Shown here one piece after another: positions 23,651 to 37,376 of a stretch of 64,000 nucleotides of DNA. This DNA is from Octopus bimaculoides. Taxonomy: Eukaryota. The stretch covers positions 25,721,237 to 25,785,236 of the forward strand of contig NC_068985.1 in NCBI RefSeq assembly GCF_001194135.2, given 5' to 3'. The notes beneath the pieces are model-generated. The model had not been told where the DNA came from. It saw only the letters and a list, made by a program, of their open reading frames with translations, and did no database searches. Numbering within the stretch: the first letter of the stretch is position 1; every line of letters begins with the position of its first letter. Position numbers and translations under genes: made by a program.

Positions 23651-25907
23651 CACATACATACATACATACATACATACATACATGCATACATACTTACGTG
23701 TGTGTCTGTGTGAACACATATATATCTATTTAGAGTCAAAAAGCTACGTTAGTGACTTAAAGGCGTATAGTTTTATGAAAAGCTTATATCAAACTGAAAA
23801 TTGAAAAATTGGTAGCGAAAAAAGTTTAAAATATTACATGATACAACAAAAAATTTTAATATACTCTTTGTTAGTGAAATAAACGGATTTCTACATATAT
23901 AAACACATACAAACATAGAGAAAGAAAGAAGGGGAATGAAAGAGACAGAGAGAGAAAGAATGAAATATATAGAGAGAAAGAGAGAGAGAAAAGTTTTCTT
24001 CCATGCTAGTGGAGATGTTAAAAAAAAAATAAGATCATAATTCTTTTCAATCCCTTTAATTTTTTAACAATTTCCCAACCGGTTTCACAACTCTTTTCAT
24101 GATAATGAATAAAGCAAAGAATGAGCTTTACTAATCTTTTTCAAAAAGATGTTATGCAAGCTTTGACTTACTTTGCATAAACTCTTCAATGCAACCTGTA
24201 TTTCTTTATAAATTTGCTTATACATTCATCCGTGCTATGAGGCAACTTGATATTTAGGAAATTTATTTGCTATACGTAAGTTCAAATGTTCAATAACGAA
24301 TATTTGTCGCGTATTGAAATTCTGAATTTGTTGACGATGGGGTAATCACTTTTCCGCCCCAAGTTCATCCTATTTATCCTACGCAATCAGTAGATTGCAT
24401 AGAGTAAACAGGATGTCTACTGATCCCTATGTGGAAAAGAATAATAAGTAAACACTGTCTGACGAGTTGTTCGTAAATGTTGAAAATCGTCAGATGGCTC
24501 TCTCTTCAGATCTCACAGAAAACTTGTGTGTGTGCGTGTACGCGTAAGTGTGTGTGTGTGTTTCTGACTTTAACGCTGTTCTCTCATACGCTTCCCTTTT
24601 GTCCTAAAAGTGATTTATTCACCTTGCTGTGTGAGACTTCGTTCCACAAAATGAACAGTACCATTCATAAATGACAGGTTTTATATATCCCACACCCTTT
24701 CTTTTCACTTCACTCTGTTTCCTCTCCCCTATTTCAGTATGATACTTGAATTTCTTTCTGTTTCTCTTTCATTCCATCGTTGTCTGCACATTTGATACTA
24801 TATCATATTATATGTCTAATTTCCTTTCTCTGTTGTAGAGCTTTGTCTTTCTTCTTTCTCTCTCTCTCTACTCTCTTATTTTCCCTATATTTTCCTTCTC
24901 ACACTTATTTTTCTCCTTCGTACCTGTCTTTTTGTACGATTACCTATCTCACAAACTGTTGCCTTCCACCTGTCTATCGAATCTAACGCGCTTTATAACA
25001 CTTTCTTTCTGTCTCCTACACTTCTCTCATCATAGCTATTACTTCGTCCTTTAGACTGACAGAAATAAGGAAAACAACTAACAAAAAACTTAAGACATGA
25101 CAATCATCCAAAACGTGAAGGGTACCCCAGTATATCACGCAGTCTGTAAGATCTCCCGTCTCCTAACCTGCAATCGATTCTGTTAATCCTCTCCCAACAG
25201 TTTATCTACCAACTTTTAGGTATACCTCTTCCTGGAAATTCTCAAATACAATGGCTCTATATGCTCTATATGCAGTATTCTCTACATTTACTGTCAGTAC
25301 TGCATCCAACTCCATACTGCTCTCACGAGATAATCTCCAAAATTCTAGCTTTCTGCAGTGCCAGACAGAACAACAAATACAAATATACTCAAGCTGCATT
25401 TCAAAAATCTCTATAAGAGGAATCTGCTCAAAAAATGTATTGATTAAAAAGTATGAAATGTGGAAATGTTGCTAACTACTGAATAGCTTGGAGGACAGCA
25501 ATCAACAGAAGTGTCAATATTACGGAAAAGGCGGCAAATACATCTTTCCAGTTGAAACAGCAAAGAAGAAAGGGAAACAAAATTTCAACAGGCAGTGCCT
25601 CGCTGATTAGTGGCTTCTTTTGATGATTCTATCGTACCAGCACTGAAGAAATCGACCATGAGCGAAACTCGGCAAGTTTATAACGTTGCTATTAAGACCG
25701 TCTGTAACAAATGACAAAAGCTATTTATATCGCATACTGTTAGTTGGCCATTGACTTTCTTAAGTTTATCTACTCTTAGACCGATTCTTTTCTTCACGCA
25801 GGATATTCAAAATTCGCGCAAGATATTCTTTAGCTATTTGGTTTTGCTGTATCCAAGCAACAATGACAACAACAACACACGTACGCACACACACAGACAC
25901 ACACACA

Positions 25908-25944
<37 letters not shown>

Positions 25945-26039
25945 ATTCATTCATTCTTTCGCACATATACCCATATCACTCAACATTTTGCTTTGCTTAT
26001 GATAGCCCATCAAAGGTCATGACAGTGCCAATCCAAAAC

Positions 26040-26560
26040 ATTCATTCTCCTCCACCTCCAGCACACTGTTTTTCATGGGAGCAGACGTGACTGAGAAGAC
26101 CGATACGAGATAAGCCGATCCGGTGGCCTTGAGGCCACAGAATGTGATCGAGATCAACAACCGCGGTGGGGGTGGGGGGAGTGATGACGACGTCTCTTCC
26201 TCTCTTCGTACAGTTTCTTGCGTTCGGTTTCAAAGTACTCTGCTCTAGCATCACACCCAGACTTCCATTCCGATTAACAGCCAGGGGTCCCGATCATACT
26301 ATACACCGTATAGTATGAAAGACAGCATCAGATGATCATGAAAATGAAGTTTTGGACGTCCATGAAGTTTTGATCGTTCCAGTCTTGAGTCCATCTTTTA
26401 GTGTCGGTTACCTGGCATCCGAATCACACCGTCAATCCAGCGGAGAAGACGACAAAGGATGCAGACCTCAATGTTGTAGATCGCAGTCCCAAGGAGGACT
26501 TTAATATGAGGCACTTTTGCCCTCTCACGCGAGACCGAGGATACTTTGGAGTGATCTGAT
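26040..26560 (-). mobile_element. RTE-clade LINE C-terminal fragment (degenerate)
   Basis: RLLRWIDGVIRMP, GRPKLHFHD and SRIGLLSHV..H motifs typical of RTE/BovB C-termini. Confidence 0.75.
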
Positions 26561-26630
26561 CACCCAAAAACAAAATTAACATTATACATATACACAAATA
26601 AAATTACACGTACATACTTTGTTTCCCTCT

Positions 26631-26695
<65 letters not shown>

Positions 26696-27213
26696 NNNNN
26701 NNNNNNNNNNNNNNNNNNNNNNNNNNNNNNNNNNNNNNNNNNNNNNNNNNNNNNNNNNNNNNNNNNNNNNNNNNNNNNNNNNNNNNNNNNNNNNNNNNNN
26801 NNNNNNNNNNNNNNNNNNNNNNNNNNNNNNNNNNNNNNNNNNNNNNNNNNNNNNNNNNNNNNNNNNNNNNNNNNNNNNNNNNNNNNNNNNNNNNNNNNNN
26901 NNNNNNNNNNNNNNNNNNNNNNNNNNNNNNNNNNNNNNNNNNNNNNNNNNNNNNNNNNNNNNNNNNNNNNNNNNNNNNNNNNNNNNNNNNNNNNNNNNNN
27001 NNNCCCTCTCCCTCTTTTCCTGCGCAAGTAATTCTTCACCTTCTTTCTTTCTTTCCTTTCTTTCTACACTCCTTGCGCCTAACGTCAAAAATGAATAAGC
27101 ACATTCCCAAGCAATACATCATTTAAGTTCTAAATAATCATTTATTCAAAAGCTAAAACGAATATACACCCAACAAACATCTCACCCCTTCTCTCCCTAT
27201 ATCCTCCACCCCG

Positions 27214-27245
<32 letters not shown>

Positions 27246-27424
27246 GCACACGCACATATATACATACATACATACATACATACATACATACATACATACA
27301 TACATACATACGTACATACGTAAATAGATGTTGTTGATTTGTGTTTGTGTTTAATTGCAGTTCAGCACATATAAGAGTTACGATTGAAAGCAATCCACCC
27401 ATAACCATCACACACACACACACA

Positions 27425-27660
27425 CACACGTTTTTCGTGTCCTTGTGTCTGTGTTTATTCCCCCACGATCGCTTGGCAACCGATATTGGTGTGTTTGTGT
27501 TCCCGTAACTTAAAGGTTCGGCAAAAGGGACCGATGGAATACGTACTAGGCTTAGAAAAAGTAAGTCCTAGGGTCGATTTCTTCGACTAAAACTCTTTAA
27601 GGTGGTGCTCCAGCATGGCCGCAGTCAAATGAGTGAAACAAGTAAAAGAATAAAAGAATA
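27425..27660 (+). mobile_element. SINE family D, 3' half
   Basis: Matches 18490-18690. Confidence 0.85.
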
Positions 27661-27675
27661 TGTATATATATATCT

Positions 27676-28015
27676 TGGCTTCGCTTCGCTGACGAAGATT
27701 AGGAAGGCTGCTGTCCACGTCGTTTGCACGCTGGTTCGTGGCTGATAAGGCCGATGTGGGATCGACATATCCAATTGCAATGATGAGAGAGGTATGGTTG
27801 TCCAGGGTCTGATGATGCAGGTGCATTATTTTTTCGCCTCTGATGTTTGTCTTCAAGAGAGGCACTGCGAGAGATCTCAAAGTAGGAAACAGCATCGTTG
27901 ATGGTATGGCGCCAAGCAACACGGTCAGCTGTTAGAGTGGACCACGCACGATAACCAATGTCACAAACGCTAAGGGACTGCTTCAGGCAGTCCTTCTAAA
28001 GCTTCTTTATCTACA
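27676..28015 (-). mobile_element. RTE/BovB-like LINE 3' end
   Basis: KDCLKQSL...ADRVAWRHTI...HCNWICRSHIGLISHE..C, then a stop and a short tail CTAATCTTCGTCAGCGAAGC. Confidence 0.85.
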
Positions 28016-28647
28016 AACATCGTTTATCTAAATACACGATACACGATATTTGTGTCTACGGCATCCAGTGTCGTGTTAAGGTTAGCTTTAACAAACTGGG
28101 TGATACGTAAAAAATAAACGTAAGCAATTTTCCAATAAATTAATTTAAAAAAAAAACTTTTGCTATTTTTCATGGGGAAATATTACAGATTGTCATTTAC
28201 CAAAGATGGCACCGGAGAAACGTTCACATAATTCGATGAAGAAAACCATGTCATTGTTCAACATTCTATTTGAAAAATGGGAAAATTTGTAGTAAACCGA
28301 AAGATCTGGAAACTAGCATGTAGACTAGGAGAGTTACTGCAGACCTTGTTCGATATCAGCAGGCCGAAGACAAGGGGAAAAAAAGAGTCCAGCAGCAGCT
28401 TCTATGACAGGTACCGTATGCAAAGCTTAGATACACGCTCTCTGAACAAAAAGTTACGGCAGTATAAAATGGAGACATCGTCATCAATGATCAGTAAAAG
28501 AGGAAGAGAAATAGCCTCTACTTAGAAGTTGTGCTAAGGAAAATTTTTCATGTTTTTGTTTGCAGTAAATGTTGTCCCTTATACATATGATTTATTGCAT
28601 AAAATATTAATAAACATTTTACATTTTATCAAATATTTCAAAATAAG

Positions 28648-28836
28648 TACCGTATTTTAACGTGCATAAGGAACCCTTCTTTGTCAAAAATTTGGTTAAA
28701 AAAATATAGAAGTTTCTTATTCAGGGATAATATTATAATCCCTTACAAAACCTTTTTTCCAAATTTTAAGCACCCCCCCCCCTAAATTAGGGGGTTCCTT
28801 ATACACGAGGGTTCCTAATATACGTTAAATACGGTA
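28648..28836. mobile_element. pogo/Tigger-like MITE
   Basis: Imperfect ~29-bp TIRs TACCGTATTTTAACGTGCATAAGGAACCC / GGGTTCCTAATATACGTTAAATACGGTA with terminal TA. Confidence 0.8.
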
Positions 28837-28856
28837 TATTTTGACTTCACAAATCT

Positions 28857-29252
28857 TTGTGTGCGTGTGGCTGTGTAGTAAGAAGTTTGCTTCCCAACCA
28901 CATAGTTCCGGGTTCAGTTCCATTACGTGGCACCTTGTGCAAGTGTCTTCTACTATAGCCTCGGGCCGATCAAAACCTTGTAAGTGGATTTGGTAGATGG
29001 AAACTGAAATAAGCACGTTGCGTGTGTGTATGTATATATATATATATATATATATATAAGTGTGTTTTTGTGTCTGTGTTTGTCCCCCACTTGACAACCA
29101 ATATTGGCGTGCTTGCGCCCCCGTAACTTAGCGGTTCGGTAAAAATTACTCGGCTTAAAATAAATAAATCCTGAGGTCGATTCGTTCGACTAAAACCCTT
29201 CAAAGTGGTACTCCAGCATGGCCGCAGCCAAATGACTGAAACAAGTAAAAGA
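28857..29252 (+). mobile_element. SINE family D, full length
   Basis: Head, CORE-like segment, internal (TA)n and tail, as at 18103. Confidence 0.9.
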
Positions 29253-32200
29253 TAAACGACAAACTAAACTGCATGTCAATCTAAGTTTCGCCCATATGTT
29301 GGGAAACACTGTCGTCGTTAACTGCTATGTTGGCCAGTACATAAGCAAAACGACATGAAACTCATGGTTCTAAGTTGCGTTCTATTTGCGATACTTCACT
29401 AGGTTAACATGGGCTAAAGGCCCATGTTAACAGTATGAATGTCATAACTTCCTACTTTGGTGCTTGTGCCAGTCAATGTGAAAATTTCAACATGATTGCC
29501 AGTAACAAGAGCTAAACCACCTCAAACAAAATCTTATCGTCTTAAGTAATAAGATAACGTTGCCTTCTGCCGTAATTTCATTCACATTTAAAATGTCTCA
29601 TAGAAATATTAAACCGACTTCACTACATGGCAGGTACTTTATTTATCGACCCCGAAATGAAGAAGGGCAAAGTTGACTTCAACAGAACTTTAACTCAGAG
29701 CATAAAGGGTCGTAACTAAATACCGCATGGCATTTTGTCCGGCGCTCTAACGATTCTTCCATTATACTGATAGCCGCGAATTGGCAGACTCGAATGGAAT
29801 TACTGCATTTGTTTTATCTCTCTACGCTCCAAATTTAAATCCCTTCGGATTCGATAAAGCACCATTCAAGTACTGAAGCTGTCTCCTTCTTTTTCTCTCC
29901 CTCGCTCCTTCCCTCCTTCATCTCCCTCTCCCCTCCTGAATCGGCAATATTGGACAGGACAAGAAAGCTTTTGCATCACCGCTCTACGAATCATTTCACC
30001 ATTCCTCTGTAAATTCTCTATAATAGAATAAAAACCTTATGTGTCTCTAAAAAGACAGGATGGTCCTGGCTGAGGTGCCTTTGAGCCCTTAAATAAGGGT
30101 TCATATCTGAATTTCATTCATTTGCAGCCAGTTCTGTTTATGATAAATATTAAGGTTTTACTGACATTGCAAAAGGAGGAGCTGACTGAATCGTTCTCAA
30201 AGTATGACTGATGTTTACTTTTAAAACCCCCAGCACGATACACTACCGTTCTACCGTTGTTCTATAGACCACGGTAGATTTTAAACTCAGAACATAAAGA
30301 CGGACGATAAGCCGCTAAACATTTTACCCGGCGTGTTTGATGTTTCTGCCAACTTGCCCAATAATTTTGATATTGAAATCTTTATAAACCTTCCGTTTGG
30401 AAGAAAACGATGTCATAGCTGATTAGCTCTAATGCCAATAAGATATATATATCTCTGCCGCTTACGACGATTAATGTCCCAGTCGTTCGATCATGAAAAC
30501 GTCTATTCGCTGAATTAGTAAGTGGCTGAGTATTCGACAGACCCTTCAAATAATTCTCATAGAGATTCTGCGTGATAGAGACTGGCCCTTTGAATTGCAT
30601 GTGCAATTCATTCAACAGATTTCCTGACAGTTCCCATCTACCCAATTTCACTCACAAGGCTTGAGTAACTCTAAGTTACGGTAAATGACATTTTCACAAT
30701 ATACCACGCAGTATGATCGAAACCGAAACTTCGTAGTGGCGAAGCGAATTTCCTAACCATCCATCTATACCGGTGCTGATCTTTCTTGAAGTATGAAAGG
30801 TAAAAATTGTCAAAAAATATAAAGTTCGACTGCTTCAAAGCTTTAGATAAAATTTGTACTATTTCGTTTAATATTCAGCCAACAGTAAAATTGTTTCTTA
30901 TATTGGTTCAACACCTTAAATATGACTAGAAGACAAAAATGCATCGAATCGACTCTTATACAAGATTCTTATATCGTAGCAAAACAAAACTAAGCACAGT
31001 AATGCATTTAATATGGATAATGTCTTCTATATTGATTTCAAACAGAAGCACAAGGTTACAATTTTTGATAGGAGGGTATTGTCATTTATTTTGAATTGTA
31101 ACGGGTGTTTTCCATGCTCACGTCGGGGGCATCAAATACAACGGTTGATGTATTTTTACATCGGGAAGTCAACGTAGTTATCAAAATGTAATGGGTGTGA
31201 TGTCGAAGAGAAAGAAGAACAGTAGTCGAAGCTGCTGTTGACTCCAAATTTTATTTACCGTTACATTACATGTATAGCCATGTCTCGGCGGGCAGGCACG
31301 TATAAAAATAATCGAGAGTTAATTTTTCTTTGTATAAGTGTATATAATGTTCTTGTAATTGTAGTAGTAGGAAAGAGATAGACAGAGTGATGCTTGTTAG
31401 AAGAGAAAGATGAGCTAGTGAGAGAATGAGAGACAGTAGAGGGAAGTTGTATCATAGCGACCGATTGCTTTCTCTCGTCCTCTGATTTGCCCCCAGTGTT
31501 TTGCCTGCCTCTAAGTTCTCTCACTAACTGACTTTATCCTACATGTTTCTAGTATTTATAAATATGCAGGCTAGCTAGAAAAAGAGGTATATCGTTGAGA
31601 ACAATGGGTTGTTCGATGTAGGTCGGCTCTTATTCCATTGCAACTCTTCATGGCATACAAAAGGTTAAGAGTCAAGTGGAAAGCACATCAATTGACTTGG
31701 CAAAGCCATGTGTTGAATGTAACTCCTATCAACTTCCATTTTTCTGTGAGAAAAATGCTGTTGAAATGTTAGGGGAAATTTGCCGATTCAGGTTTGAATC
31801 TACTCTATGCCCAAATGAAGTACTACAGAAACCAGTATTTCATGATCCCAGAAATATTAAAAGAAAAATCAACCTCGGCCAGGATCAAACTCAGAATATA
31901 AGTGGGTGTTACTAAATACTGCAAGCCATTTTGTCTGACTTTCTTACGAGCCACCACCGTCAAAGCAATATTTTAAAGCAAAAAAGAAAACGCCCGAAAG
32001 AAAATAGTGAACTAATAGGTGTATAGAAGAAAAAGAGAAAAAAGAAATGAAACTGGAGTATTAAGGCAACAAGAATATTTCCATTTTCAATGAGTCGCAT
32101 GTATTTCCAAGCATTGTTTCAAATAAATGCAGAAACCTGTTTGCCAACTTTAGAAACTGAAAATATACCACAATGTCTAGCTTCTTTTTGTTCCTTTATA

Positions 32201-32441
32201 TATTCTTTAACCCTATTCAATAGTAACTTATTGTCATGGGCGAGGCTGATGCTAGCTTTGAGGAAGCTTTAAGAAAGCTAACTTCGATTTTAGAAAACCT
32301 TATAAAAGTCAAGAAAATGTTATCTGTTTGTCCGTTCATTGCAACAAACTGCATATTGGAAAAAAAAACATTATTTGATTTAATTTACACCCTTATATAT
32401 ATATGTGAGTGCATGTGTGTGTGTGAGTACAACATACATAT

Positions 32442-32832
32442 TAGTTAGTTAGTTGGCACTCCGTCGCTTACGACGTCGAGGGTTCCACTTGATCCGACCA
32501 ACGGAACAGTCTGTTCGTGAAATTAACGTGCAAGTGGCTGATCACTCCACAGACACGTGTACCCTTAACGTAGTTCTCTGGGATATTCAGCGTGACACAG
32601 TGTGACAAGGCTGACCCTTTGAATTACAGGTACAACAGAAACAGGAAGAAAGAGTGAGAGAAAGTTGTAGTGGAAGAGTACAGCAGGGTTCGCCACCATC
32701 CCCTGCCGGAGCCTCGTGGAGCTTTGGGTGTTTTCGCTCAATAAACACTCACAACGCCCGGTCTGGGATTCGAAACCGCGATTCTATGACCGCGAGTTCG
32801 CTGCCCTAACCACTGGGCCCTTGCGCCTCCAC
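32442..32832 (-). mobile_element. SINE family B with 13-bp TSD
   Basis: TSD ACAACATACATAT at 32429-32441 and 32833-32845; (CTAA)n tail. Confidence 0.92.
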
Positions 32833-33674
32833 ACAACATACATATATGTATACATATTCATGTTCTTTATATGTTCATTTATAATAAAAACAATTTTACA
32901 TTAATCTGATGTACTCTACTCTTGTAGAGTACATGTGTGTGTATGGGCATGCGCGCGTGTGTGTATGTATGTAAATGCATACATATGTGTGTAGATATTC
33001 ATATGTATATGTGTGTGAGTGTGAGGCACGTACCATCAGTAATTACTCAGGGAAGGCAGTAGGCGACCTTTATGTAGTAAAATACACAAAAAATAAGCGA
33101 AACACAGGCGCGCGACTGAGTTGAAGGCAGATTTATTTCTGCCTTTTTAGCCCGTAAAGAAAACGGTGTGGTTGAAATGTACGCAGCACATGTACTACAA
33201 CAATACTATACGTAGCTTAAATACCGAGATTGAAAAGCAGGGGCGAATTATGCCTACCTAATCTACAAAAAATAAAACGTTTTGCATTTTATGCATTGTA
33301 ATCAAACTAACCTTCATAATTTTTCTGAATTAGGTGCATATTTTGCCATGAGAGGGAAATGTTGCTATCGATCTATTTTTTTCAAGGTAGGCACTGCCTA
33401 CATTCCCTGCCTAGGCGACACATTCCTAATGTGTATATATGCATATATATATATATGTATATATNNNNNNNNNNNNNNNNNNNNNNNNNNNNNNNNNNNN
33501 NNNNNNNNNNNNNNNNNNNNNNNNNNNNNNNNNNNNNNNNNNNNNNNNNNNNNNNNNNNNNNNNNNNNNNNNNNNNNNNNNNNNNNNNNNNNNNNNNNTT
33601 TTGCATACTGAACTACTTGGCAAAATTGTTAATTATTAATTTTATTAATTAATTGGCAATTCCCTGCCCTATAT

Positions 33675-33900
33675 ATCTATATATGTATATATGTATACAT
33701 ATATATATATATGTATAAATGTATACATATACATATATATGTATACATATATATGTATATATGTATATGTATACATATATATGTATTTATGTATATATAT
33801 ATATTTATGTATATATATGTGTGTATATATATGTATATATATATATGTATATATGTGTATATATATGTATATATGTGTATATACATATACACATATATCT
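33675..33900. repeat. Complex (TA)n/(TATG)n microsatellite
   Basis: Directly visible. Confidence 0.95.
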
Positions 33901-35048
33901 TCTCATAAGTCCAATGTGAATGTAACTGTTATCCTGATGAAGGCGTCAATGCCGGATTGCACCTTGGTGTAACTGAACTACGATTGTAAACTCCTGAAAT
34001 GGCCATAGATACTTGTGTGTTACTTTTGACCGGTGTGCTTATATGAACTTTTGAAAGGTCTTGCGAGTAGAGACAACTTTTTCAGGATGTTTGGGATTTT
34101 ACCTGTGGAAGACGGCTTTATTTGAACTTGTACCGGTTGAGGGAAGTATTAGACCATTTCAAACATAATATATATATATATATATGTACCTTAATCCCCT
34201 GAGATTGCAGATAATATTTCTGAATCTCTTTGATTCTTTAGATGTGCTGGCCTACTGATAATTAATCGATATTAATTAATATATGACTAATTACCAGATT
34301 TTATAATAATATANNNNNNNNNNNNNNNNNNNNNNNNNNNNNNNNNNNNNNNNNNNNNNNNNNNNNNNNNNNNNNNNNNNNNNNNNNNNNNNNNNNNNNN
34401 NNNNNNNNNNNNNNNNNNNNNNNNNNNNNNNNNNNNNNNNNNNNNNNNNNNNNNNNNNNNNNNNNNNNNNNNNNNNNNNNNNNNNNNNNNNNNNNNNNNN
34501 NNNNNNNNNNNNNNNNNNNNNNNNNNNNNNNNNNNNNNNNNNNNNNNNNNNNNNNNNNNNNNNNNNNNNNNNNNNNNNNNNNNNNNNNNNNNNNNNNNNN
34601 NNNNNNNNNNNNNNNNNNNNNNNNNNNNNNNNNNNNNNNNNNNNNNNNNNNNNNNNNNNNNNNNNNNNNNNNNNNNNNNNNNNNNNNNNNNNNNNNNNNN
34701 NNNNNNNNNNNNNNNNNNNNNNNNNNNNNNNNNNNNNNNNNNNNNNNNNNNNNNNNNNNNNNNNNNNNNNNNNNNNNNNNNNNNNNNNNNNNNNNNNNNN
34801 NNNNNNNNNNNNNNNNNNNNNNNNNNNNNNNNNNNNNNNNNNNNNNNNNNNNNNNNNNNNNNNNNNNNNNNNNNNNNNNNNNNNNNNNNNNNNNNNNNNN
34901 NNNNNNNNNNNNNNNNNNNNNNNNNNNNNNNNNNNNNNNNNNNNNNNNNNNNNNNNNNNNNNNNNNNNNNNNNNNNNNNNNNNNNNNNNNNNNNNNNNNN
35001 NNNNNNNNNNNNNNNNNNNNNNNNNNNNNNNNNNNNNNNNNNNNNNNN

Positions 35049-35368
35049 ACTGCAGCAGCCTCGGTTTCAGAGGACCTCAGCTCTTCAACGCCCTGCCAAA
35101 ACATTTGAGAGACATGCAAGACATGGATGCGGAGGTCTTCAAGACAAAACTTGACGCTTTCCTCTCCACGATACCAGACGAACCAATGGCTCGTAATGAG
35201 ACGCAGTTTAGGGCAGCTGTGTCAAATTCTCTTATACACCAGATGTGCCATCAAAACTCTTGATTGGACCATGTCAGGTGGGGGAGAAGAGCCATGCAAG
35301 GAACGTGAAAATCACGGTGGTGCACCAGCATGACCGCAGCCACTTGGCTGAAACACAAAAATAAAAAA
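35049..35368 (+). mobile_element. CR1/L2-group LINE 3' end (ORF2 C-terminus, stop 35261-35263, 3' UTR)
   Basis: CSSLGFRGPQLFNALP...FKTKLDAFLSTIPDEP...SNSL is a typical C-terminus for this LINE group and is probably the same family as 19680-20685; the 3' stem-loop is CAGCC-ACTT-GGCTG. Confidence 0.85.
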
Positions 35369-35599
35369 TATTAAAAAAATATATGTATATATATACATGT
35401 ATATATATATATGTATATATATGTATATGTATATGTATATATGTATAAATGTATGTATATATATATATATGCATATATATGTATATATATATATGTATAT
35501 ATATGTATATACATATGTATACAAATATGTATATATATATATGTATATATATGTATGCATGTATATTTATATATGTATATATATATGTACATTTATATA

Positions 35600-35908
35600 T
35601 ATACAATTATTCGGTAGCCATGATAAAACTCCGAGTTTCGGATGTCGGCGTGGATTTTCATCGATGAGTTCATGAACCTTTCCCGAGCCATGCCAGCTCC
35701 CAAGGGCCGGTTTCCAGGTTTCCATGACGTATATATTACTCACCTGGACGGGACACTGGTCCGTCGCAGGATTACTCATTTTTGCCAGCTAAGTGGACTG
35801 GAGCAATGTAAAATGAAGTGTTTTGCTCAAGAACAAAACACGTCACCCGTTCAAGGAATCGAAACCACAATATTACGATCATAAATCCAACACCCTAACC
35901 ACGGGCCT
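35600..35908 (-). mobile_element. tRNA-headed CORE-like SINE with a third tail type (CCTGCGACGGACCAGTGTCCCGTCCAGG)
   Basis: Head GTGGTTAGGGTGTTGGA...GGTTTCGATTCC and TTCTTGAGCAAAACACTT...GCTCCAGTCCAC shared with family C; the tail differs. Confidence 0.75.
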
Positions 35909-35968
35909 TCACTATATCATTTGACTCATTATCATGAAAAAATCCTACTTTCAATTGGATCCTGCAAA

Positions 35969-36007
<39 letters not shown>

Positions 36008-36030
36008 NNNNNNNNNNNNNNNNNNNNNNN

Positions 36031-36120
<90 letters not shown>

Positions 36121-36582
36121 TCTACATATATGCATACATGTATAAGTATAGTTATTATCAGTAGTGTAAATTTCATGAAGTACCGCTTCCGTCAAATAGA
36201 GACTAAGTTGAATATCCAATTCTGACCCTAATAAGCCAATGTGGAAACTTTTGCATGGTCATCCGACATACTAGAAAGAGCAGCCAAATATCTCTCAAAC
36301 CCCACAGTTTTCAAATAGAAGGACACACTGAATAATGTAGTCCGAGATATAAGTGAGGACGGTATGGTCACGACTAGAGTTCTTTTTGATCATAGGTCTC
36401 CTCGACCAATGTTGGGTTGGAGCTAAGCAACAGAAATAGCTACAATCCAGTTCAAGGTATTTCAATTGAGATTCAGTTTTCGAAAGAAACTATTTCATTT
36501 CCCATGTGTCATTTAGAATGATGGGAAAAATCAAAATTTTCATACATCCCTCTCATAACACACACAAATGTTTGCATGTATG

Positions 36583-36614
<32 letters not shown>

Positions 36615-37085
36615 CATGTACATACATACATACATACATACATACATACATACATACATGCACACATACATACACACACACATGTATGTATGTGAGTGCT
36701 CTTGTACCTACGTGAAAAATCAATGACAATGTTGATAATGTCCTCAGATGTCACGCTGGAAATCATGTGAACAACTTCTCAAAAAGAGATTTGAAAGTAA
36801 GACAGGTTATTCAGTTTCAAAATAAATAAGTTAAATGTTATACAATATCTTTATATAATTTCTCAAATCCTATATACTGAGCGAAAAGTCCAGTTGTCGT
36901 CTCTGCCGTCTACGCTACTTGGATTCTGGTGTACTCCAGTCAGTTTGTGACCGCTTGACCCTTTATAAATTTACATTGCATCATATAATTTGTACCTACA
37001 CATATGATGTGTTGAACTGAATACAGTAGATCAGCGGTGAGATAAAATTATGAAAAAAACTATATTCAATTGAATCCTGCAAATG

Positions 37086-37124
<39 letters not shown>

Positions 37125-37376
37125 TATTATTAAAGCTGTAAAAACATCACAAAAATATTACAAAATAACTGTTACTCAGAGTTTCACTTTCCCGTTCATT
37201 GGGCAGTCGTGATCCAGATTGGAATAAGAATTGAGGATGAAGTATAATTTATATTTTGATATGATTCCAATTGACAGACAGTTTTTGAACTTGATCATTA
37301 ATCAACGAAATTAGTTACTACTCAGCGCGTAACCAACAATCTTTACAGACTTGATAATATCACAATACATAGTTGA

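Noticed and set aside
25150-25480. Possible RTE remnant on the minus strand
   Set aside because: The motifs are too degraded to support from sequence alone.
31676-31915. Cys-containing ORF as a B-box exon for the NHL gene
   Set aside because: It lacks the full C/H ligand spacing and convincing splice sites.
33926-33980. Hammerhead-like CTGATGA-A-GGC..GCC-GGA-TTGCAC/GTGTAA
   Set aside because: GAAA is degraded to GGA, the U16.1/H17 site is missing and stem I is poor. It may be a decayed relic but is not supportable as a ribozyme.
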